From a virus: DNA of 64,000 bases. This document shows positions 63,077 to 64,000 of this stretch, piece by piece. Below the pieces are notes generated by a model. That model saw only the letters and a program-made list of their open reading frames with translations, was not told the origin of the DNA and searched no databases. Each line of letters begins with the position of its first letter. The stretch's first letter is position 1. The position numbers and the translations under genes are program-made. Location: positions 1-64,000 of IMG/VR virus record IMGVR_UViG_3300045971_000409. One strand, written 5' to 3'.

Positions 63077-63263
63077 AGCTGATCGGCGGGACCAAGAGGC
63101 AGAGCGCGATTACCGTCACCAGTTGAAGATAGCTGAAGAATGGGCCAAGCTCACCCCCGAACAACAATCAGCTTGCCTGAAAAAGGCAGCACGAGAGGCG
63201 GAAGCAATGTCCTATCTGGCTTCTATATTCAATGTGACACGCTACGGGAGGTACTTTAGATGA
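63003..63263 (+). CDS. Hypothetical protein
   Basis: 'MGQAKRR' start; ORF track. Confidence 0.55.
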   Translation: MGQAKRRPNRVQEAIARQEAQDRAEADRRDQEAERDYRHQLKIAEEWAKLTPEQQSACLKKAAREAEAMSYLASIFNVTRYGRYFR

Positions 63264-63520
63264 GAGAAAAGATGCGGTGGGATACTCTCAGCTACAATAG
63301 TCGAATACGGATTACCACTTACTCATCATTTCTGGGTGGAGGACACTACCGGGTTCGTATTATGGTGGGCCCGCGTAATGAAGATGGAACTGATAATCTT
63401 GGTCCCAGGTCTAGGCCATACAGGGTGATCGAGGATATTACTGCGTCCAGTCATGACCATGTGTTTGAACAGTGCGCGGCCATGATACGCAAAGACCCCA
63501 ATTGGAAAGGAATCAAATAA
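63260..63520 (+). CDS. Hypothetical protein
   Basis: GGGAGGT RBS; ATGA coupling. Confidence 0.55.
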   Translation: MREKMRWDTLSYNSRIRITTYSSFLGGGHYRVRIMVGPRNEDGTDNLGPRSRPYRVIEDITASSHDHVFEQCAAMIRKDPNWKGIK

Positions 63521-64000
63521 CGAATTCCCCGGCGGTATTTTAGCTACAGAAAGGAGAGCCAGTTCTCACGAGGAAAACCCCTTGCTTAATGTTAGCGTTG
63601 TGGTTTGCTGGTACCGGAATTGGTGCTCTCATGAATAGGGTGGTCCTATTCTCTGGGTCTAGTCGTGACGATCCCTCCGGGGTCTTATTTTCAAAGGAGA
63701 TGCTATGCGGACAGTAGACCTACATTCCATTGCGTCTTTCTCTTCGGGTCTGGTACTCAACTTGGTGGAATGGATACCCGCCCGCTGGGGGTACAGAAGT
63801 GTGAGCTACCAGCAGTATTTTTTCCCCTCTATGGAGGGATAGTTTGCCAGGGGAATCAAGGACCACTGGTGGATAAGTAGTGTCGGAATAGGCCGACCGG
63901 GGTGTCGATGTAAAACAACTTCCAACCTGTCTGTGGACGCTATATTCATTTGAGCCATCTATTAACATCTTGGGCGACATCGGCACCCCCCTTATATCGT

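Noticed and set aside
5399-63615. GGTACC appears over-represented (roughly 50 by eye against ~16 expected)
   Set aside because: This is plausibly explained by codon preferences (GTA, GGT-ACC) and the GGAGGTAC RBS; a Markov-corrected k-mer count is needed before making a claim.
571-63986. Minus-strand ORFs and nested alternative-frame ORFs in the track
   Set aside because: They are shadows of well-supported + strand genes, with no RBS or recognisable motifs.
1-64000. Prophage or temperate lifestyle
   Set aside because: No integrase, CI/Cro switch, att site or host genes are visible; lifestyle cannot be settled from this window.

Overview
This window is a 64-kb fragment of a tailed dsDNA phage genome. 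It has a siphovirus-type, lambda-like tail tip, and its spanins imply a Gram-negative host. Every credible gene is on the + strand. 1-29.4 kb is the late region: head-tail joining genes, tail tube, a tail chaperone with a -1 frameshift, tape measure, M/L/K/I homologues, a ~3200-aa gpJ-like tail tip, fibre/appendage genes and lysis genes. 29.5-64 kb is an early/middle region driven by about 12 sigma70-like promoters. It encodes an AAA ATPase, an HTH initiator with internal iteron-like repeats, a degenerate DnaC, DnaB, primase, a putative SSB, an intein-containing SF2 helicase, a MerR-like HTH protein, RecA, nucleases, PolA, RuvC and a displaced portal gene. No integrase, terminase or capsid gene lies in the window. 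Three observations stand out. (1) A tandem (single-chain) CsrA/RsmA-like protein co-occurs with more than 10 early-gene ribosome-binding sites shaped as TAC-ANGGAG-GTA hairpins, the canonical CsrA target, suggesting a phage-encoded translational regulon. (2) An oriented near-palindrome, TGCAATYAAYTGCAC, occurs 12 times inside and between genes. (3) A PPDK-derived dikinase lacking its pyruvate-binding domain clusters with two CX5R phosphatases. All calls come from reading motifs by eye; no database searches were run.
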